Below are positions 6,421 through 10,245 of a stretch of DNA of 10,245 nucleotides, piece by piece. Below the pieces are notes generated by a model that saw only the letters and a list, made by a program, of their open reading frames with translations, was not told the origin of the DNA and did not search any database. Source of the DNA: Gemmatimonadaceae bacterium (GTDB taxonomy: Bacteria > Gemmatimonadota > Gemmatimonadetes > Gemmatimonadales > Gemmatimonadaceae); NCBI GenBank assembly GCA_036381735.1, contig DASVCF010000097.1, positions 1 through 10,245 of the forward strand, in the 5' to 3' direction. Both the position numbers and the translations under genes were made by a program. Position 1 is the first letter of the stretch. Every line of letters starts with the position of its first letter.

Positions 6421-7035
6421 ATGGGCAGCTTCTTCCTCGTGTGTGCCGTCTTCGGCGGCGGAGCGCTCCTGCTCCAGCTCGTGCTCGGCCTGTTCGGTCT
6501 CGACGGAGGACACGACGTCGGCCACGCCGGCATCGGACACGGCGACGCGCCGAACGCTCTCCCGCACGACGGCTCCTCCCCATCGACGCACGTCGATCCC
6601 GCGCGCGCCGGCCTCAACCTCTTCAGCGTCCGCGCCCTCACCGCCGGTCTCGCGTTCTTCGGACTCGGCGGCCTCGCCGCGCTGCACGCAGGGTGGCCGG
6701 CGATCCTCGTGCTGCTTGCCGGCGTCGTTCCCGGCCTCGCCGCGATGATTCTCGTCTCCTACGTCATGCGCTCGTTCCTCAAGCTGGAGAGCGACGGCTC
6801 GCTCCAGCTCATGAACGCCATCGGCTGCGAGGCGACGGTCTACATCCCGATCCCTGGTGGTGCATCCGCGCCGGGCCGCGTGATGCTCGCGCTGCAGAAC
6901 CGGACCGTCGAGCTCGATGCCGTCACACGCGGTGACCCCCTCCCGACGGGCACCGCGGTGACCGTCATCGACGTGCGCGATGATGACGTCCTCGAAGTCG
7001 TTCCCACCTCAACCATTCTCCCCGAGGTTCGCTGA
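6421..7035 (+). CDS. NfeD-family membrane protein (short YuaF-like form) with a C-terminal OB-fold domain and a His-rich linker
   Basis: 204 aa. It has N-terminal hydrophobic helices and a C-terminal β-rich segment, ATVYIPIPGGASAPGRVMLALQNRTVELDAVTRGDPLPTGTAVTVIDVRDDDVLEVV, typical of the NfeD C-domain. Its stop lies 3 nt before the flotillin ATG, matching the classic nfeD–SPFH operon. Confidence 0.7.
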   Translation: MGSFFLVCAVFGGGALLLQLVLGLFGLDGGHDVGHAGIGHGDAPNALPHDGSSPSTHVDPARAGLNLFSVRALTAGLAFFGLGGLAALHAGWPAILVLLAGVVPGLAAMILVSYVMRSFLKLESDGSLQLMNAIGCEATVYIPIPGGASAPGRVMLALQNRTVELDAVTRGDPLPTGTAVTVIDVRDDDVLEVVPTSTILPEVR

Positions 7036-7038
7036 ACC

Positions 7039-8697
7039 ATGCCGCACACCTTCGTGCTCGCTCTCGCGCAATCGCTTCCCGCGGGTCTTCCGCACGTCGA
7101 CCTCGCGGTCGTGGGCGGTGTGCTCTTCCTCGCGCTCGCCGCGGGGCTCGTGCTGCTCTTCGTCTCGCGCTACAAGCGCTGCCCGGCGAACAAGGTGCTC
7201 GTCATCTCCGGGAAAGTTCGCGGCGGTGACGCGGCGCGCGTCATCTCGGGCGGTGGCGCGTTCGTGTGGCCGGTGATCCAGGAGTTCGCGTACCTCGACC
7301 TCACGCCGATCCAGGTGGACATCCCGCTCAAGGACGCGCTCTCCGCGGAGAACATCCGCGTCGCCGTGCCGTCGGTGTTCACCGTCGCCGTGGGGCAGGA
7401 CCACGAGACGCAGCAGAACGCGGCCGCGCGTCTGCTCTCGCTCGCGGGCGACGCGCAGCAGGTCAAGCGGCAGGCGCAGGACATCATCTTCGGTCAGCTG
7501 CGGCAGATCATCGCGTCCATGAAGATCCAGGAGATCAACAGCGATCGCGACGCACTGCTCACGCGCATCCAGACGCACCTCATGCCCGAGCTCAAGAAGA
7601 TCGGGCTCGTGCTCATCAACGTGAACATCACCGACCTCACCGACGACTCGGGCTACATCGAGGCGATCGGGAAGAAGGCGGCGTCGCAGGCCGTGCAGCA
7701 GGCGCGCGGCGACGTGGCCGAGCAGGAGAAGATGGGTGAAGTGCGCGTGGCCGAAGCGACGCGCGAGAAAGCGGTGCAGGTTGCGAACGCAGAAAAGGAC
7801 CGCGAGATCGGACTCGCCGATGCCGCGCGCGAGAAGGCGGTGAAGATCGCGGAGCTGCAGAAGGAGCAGCAGGTGGGCGAGCAGACGGCGGCGTTCGAGC
7901 GCGAGGCCGCGGTGAAGAACGCCGAACAGCAGAAGCGTATCTCAGTCGCGCAGGCGGACGCGAAGGCGATTGCGGGTGAAGCCGAAGCGCAGGCGCAGAT
8001 CGCCGTCACGCAATCGCAGCTCGCCGTCAAACAGGCCGAGGCGTTCCAGACGGCCGAGACGCGGAAGCGCGAGGCCGAAGCGTACGTGCAGGAGGCGCAG
8101 AACAAGGCGATGGCGCGCGCCGCGCTCGCGAACGCCGAGCGTGTGGAAGCCGAGCGTCGCGCCGAGCTCGAGGCGCCGGCGAAGGCCGAGAAGGCACGCA
8201 AGATCGTCGAGGCCGAGGCGGCGGCCGAGCAGGTGAAGCTCGCCGCGGCCGCGGAAGCCGAGGCGACGCGCGCGAAGCTCGCCGCGCAGGCGCAGGGTCA
8301 GTACGACGTGCTCTCGAAGCGCGCCGAAGCGCTCGGCGAGCTCGTGGAGAAGGCGGGCGGCGCGCAGCAGGCGTTCGCGCTGCTCATGGCCGATCAGATC
8401 AAGGACATCGCCAAGACCGCATCCGACGCGATCAGCGGGATCAAGATCGACAAGGTGGTGGTGTGGGACAGCGGCACGGGCGAGGGTGGCGTGCCGGGCT
8501 TCGTGCGCAACATGGCGACCGCGCTGCCGCCGACCATGAGCCTGCTCAAGGAGATCACCGGCGTGGAGCTGCCGCCGTACCTCGGGAGCATGGTGGAGGA
8601 CAAGGGCGCGAAGGTGCCCGAGGGTGTGAAGACGCCGGGGAGCGCAGTGGGCGAAGCGGGGCAGGCATCATCGAAGGATGGTGGAACGGCGGCATAG
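7039..8697 (+). CDS. floT: flotillin-like SPFH/band-7 protein (FloT/YuaG-like)
   Basis: 552 aa. N-terminal TM helix, SPFH domain (KRCPANKVLVISG...GGGAFVWPVIQEFAYLDLTPIQVD...), then a long Glu/Ala/Lys/Gln-rich coiled-coil flotillin domain (about residues 200-450). It is coupled to the upstream nfeD gene. Confidence 0.85.
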   Translation: MPHTFVLALAQSLPAGLPHVDLAVVGGVLFLALAAGLVLLFVSRYKRCPANKVLVISGKVRGGDAARVISGGGAFVWPVIQEFAYLDLTPIQVDIPLKDALSAENIRVAVPSVFTVAVGQDHETQQNAAARLLSLAGDAQQVKRQAQDIIFGQLRQIIASMKIQEINSDRDALLTRIQTHLMPELKKIGLVLINVNITDLTDDSGYIEAIGKKAASQAVQQARGDVAEQEKMGEVRVAEATREKAVQVANAEKDREIGLADAAREKAVKIAELQKEQQVGEQTAAFEREAAVKNAEQQKRISVAQADAKAIAGEAEAQAQIAVTQSQLAVKQAEAFQTAETRKREAEAYVQEAQNKAMARAALANAERVEAERRAELEAPAKAEKARKIVEAEAAAEQVKLAAAAEAEATRAKLAAQAQGQYDVLSKRAEALGELVEKAGGAQQAFALLMADQIKDIAKTASDAISGIKIDKVVVWDSGTGEGGVPGFVRNMATALPPTMSLLKEITGVELPPYLGSMVEDKGAKVPEGVKTPGSAVGEAGQASSKDGGTAA

Positions 8698-8699
8698 CA

Positions 8700-8786
8700 T
8701 CGTCATCCCGAGCGCACCTGTCATCCCGAGCGCAGCGAGGGATCTCGGTCAACCAGCGAGATCCCTCGCTGCGCTCGGGATGACAC
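8700..8786. repeat. REP/MITE-like element between convergent genes: 15-nt direct repeat GTCATCCCGAGCGCA (8702-8716 and 8720-8734), overlapping a perfect 28-bp inverted repeat (8720-8747 / 8757-8784, extendable to 29 bp) with a 9-nt loop. It could form a bidirectional terminator hairpin.
   Basis: Read directly. Left arm GTCATCCCGAGCGCAGCGAGGGATCTCG, loop GTCAACCAG, right arm CGAGATCCCTCGCTGCGCTCGGGATGAC, exact reverse complement. The element begins 5 nt after the floT TAG and ends about 20 nt before the minus-strand permease stop. No U-tract follows on either side. Confidence 0.7.
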
Positions 8787-8804
8787 TCGTCGCGCCCCCC
8801 GGCA

Positions 8805-10245
8805 TCACTCCGCGCGAATCGCCTCCGTCGGATCGATCCTCGCTGCACGTCGCGCCGGCAGCCAGCACGCCACGAACGCGACGCCGAGCAGGAGCAGCGT
8901 GACGGCGAGGAGCGTCACCGGGTCCGTCGCGCCGACGCCGTACAGCGCCCCCGCGAGCCATCGCGTCCCGACGAGCGCCGCCGCGAGGCCGAGCACCGCG
9001 CCGGCGATTGCGTGCCGCATCCCGCGTCGCACGATCATGCCGATCACCGTCGCGTGCGGTGCGCCGAGCGCCATGCGCACGCCGATCTCACGCCGGCGAG
9101 CGCTCACCGTATAGGAGAGCATTCCGAAGATTCCGACCGCCGCGAGCGCGACGGCCGCGATGGCGAAGCCGCCGAGCAGCGTGGTGAGGTGACGAGGCTG
9201 CGCGGTCGATGCGTACACGTGATCACCCATGGTCACGACGTCGCGCAGCGGGATTCCGGGATCCACCGAGCGCAGCACACCGCGCACGCGATCGACCACC
9301 TGCATCGGTGGCCCTTCCGTGCGCACGAAGAGATTCAGGTTGCGCGCCCACCCCTGCGTGAGCGGCTCGTACACGGCATCGCCGGTCCCACCCAAACCCT
9401 CGTACTTCACGTCGCCCACTACGCCGACGATCGTCGTTGGCACGCAGGTCGTGCAACCACCGGAAATCAGCCGGCGGCCGATTGCGCTTCCATCCGGGTA
9501 GTAGTGCTCGGCCCATGCGCGGCTCACGACGACGACGGGCTGAGCGCCCGTGTCCGCGGGCGTGAAGAGACGCCCCTCCAGCAGTGGAACACCGAGCGTG
9601 GCGAAGTACTCGCGCCCGACCATCATCCACGGAGACACGGGCTGTGCACCGCCGGGCGGAACGGGTCTGTCGATCAGATCGAAGTTGTTCGTGTTCCACC
9701 AATCGGACGGCGGGAGCGCTTCGCCCAATCCGGCATCCGCCACGCCGGGGACATCGCGCACGAGCGGCAATGCATGCGCCCAGTACGCCGCGATCGCCGT
9801 ATCGGCGGCGTAGCGTCCGGATGGCAGCGCCACGTGCACCGCGACGAGCCGCGTGGGATCGAAGCCCGGATCCACCTGCTGTAGTCGCATGAAGCTGTTG
9901 AGCAGCAGCGCGGCGCCGGCGAGCACCGGGAGCGCGAGCGCGAACTCCGTGACCACGAACGCGCCGCGAATCGCGTGCGTGCGGCGCGTGGCGCCCGTCG
10001 TGCGATCACCCTCGCGTAGCGCAGGCGCCGGATCGCGTCCGAGGAGCAGCGCGACGGGGTACGCCCCAACGATGATGCCGGCCAGCACCGCGGCGCCGGC
10101 CGCAAATACGACCGCGCGCGCATCGAGCTGTGCTCCGTCCAGCCTCGGCACGCCGGGCCCGATTGCCTTCAGCACTTCGAGGCCCAACACTCCGACCACG
10201 ATTCCCGCGATCGCGCCCACCACCGCGAGCACGATGCTCTCGGTC
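8805..10245 (-). CDS. ABC-transporter permease of the MacB/FtsX type (ADOP-family-like tandem FtsX permease), C-terminal portion. The N-terminus lies beyond the window.
   Basis: The ORF is open to the window edge. It shows a four-TM FtsX-type block, a large extracytoplasmic domain (MacB-like periplasmic region), then a second FtsX block with the typical SARRREIGVRMALGA motif near the C-terminus. Duplicated FtsX blocks like this are characteristic of Acidobacteria/Gemmatimonadetes ADOP permeases. Confidence 0.75.
   Translation of the reverse strand, partial: TESIVLAVVGAIAGIVVGVLGLEVLKAIGPGVPRLDGAQLDARAVVFAAGAAVLAGIIVGAYPVALLLGRDPAPALREGDRTTGATRRTHAIRGAFVVTEFALALPVLAGAALLLNSFMRLQQVDPGFDPTRLVAVHVALPSGRYAADTAIAAYWAHALPLVRDVPGVADAGLGEALPPSDWWNTNNFDLIDRPVPPGGAQPVSPWMMVGREYFATLGVPLLEGRLFTPADTGAQPVVVVSRAWAEHYYPDGSAIGRRLISGGCTTCVPTTIVGVVGDVKYEGLGGTGDAVYEPLTQGWARNLNLFVRTEGPPMQVVDRVRGVLRSVDPGIPLRDVVTMGDHVYASTAQPRHLTTLLGGFAIAAVALAAVGIFGMLSYTVSARRREIGVRMALGAPHATVIGMIVRRGMRHAIAGAVLGLAAALVGTRWLAGALYGVGATDPVTLLAVTLLLLGVAFVACWLPARRAARIDPTEAIRAE

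Noticed and set aside
6285-6935. 216-aa Arg-rich plus-strand ORF overlapping nfeD in another frame, and the 6072..6687 minus-strand ORFs
   Set aside because: Extreme Arg/Pro content with no motifs. The NfeD frame has coherent TM helices and an OB-fold C-terminus.
7653-8201. 182-aa minus-strand ORF inside floT (Cys/Ala/Ser-rich)
   Set aside because: It is the antisense reading of the Glu/Ala/Lys-rich flotillin coiled-coil region. The composition is an artefact of GCN/GAR codon periodicity.
7740-8300. Apparent repetitiveness (gccgaggcg / gcgaaggcg motifs) that could suggest a tandem repeat or CRISPR-like array
   Set aside because: There are no exact periodic repeats with unique spacers. It is the nucleotide echo of the EA-rich heptad coiled coil of flotillin.
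9012-9884. 290-aa plus-strand ORF antisense to the permease gene
   Set aside because: Arg/His/Asp-rich low-complexity sequence. The minus-strand frame gives a coherent FtsX/MacB-type permease.
1-10245. tRNA, rRNA, CRISPR, IS/transposase or integrase genes
   Set aside because: I could not identify a cloverleaf-capable segment, rRNA-like conserved block, repeat-spacer array or transposase/integrase-like ORF by eye. The ars cluster shows no flanking mobile-element signatures within this window.

Overview
This is a high-GC (~70%) bacterial chromosomal window with dense coding on both strands. Gene content and GC suggest Gemmatimonadota or Acidobacteriota, a guess I cannot confirm here. From left to right it contains pxpC and pxpB on the minus strand, with a 4-nt GTGA overlap. 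A 180-aa protein of unknown function follows on the plus strand. Next is a minus-strand arsenic/organoarsenical operon: arsR, arsM, an ArsN2-like GNAT acetyltransferase, an ACR3 arsenite efflux permease and a tightly appended calcineurin-like metallophosphoesterase. A plus-strand NfeD–flotillin (YuaF/YuaG-like) pair runs divergent to arsR. An 87-bp REP-like element with a perfect 28-bp hairpin sits between convergent genes. The 3' portion of an ADOP/MacB-FtsX-type permease runs off the right edge on the minus strand. The most interesting signals are two near-identical ArsR-operator-like palindromes (core ATCAA-N6-TTGAT) in the only AT-rich islands of the window, and a sigma70-like promoter with the operator in its spacer that feeds an essentially leaderless arsR. 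ArsM also carries an N-terminal extension with four Cys-Cys dipeptides, and the metallophosphoesterase is appended to the ars operon with no arsC in view. I found no rRNA, tRNA, CRISPR or obvious mobile-element genes. Many long Arg/Ser/Pro-rich ORFs in the track are GC-driven artefacts.
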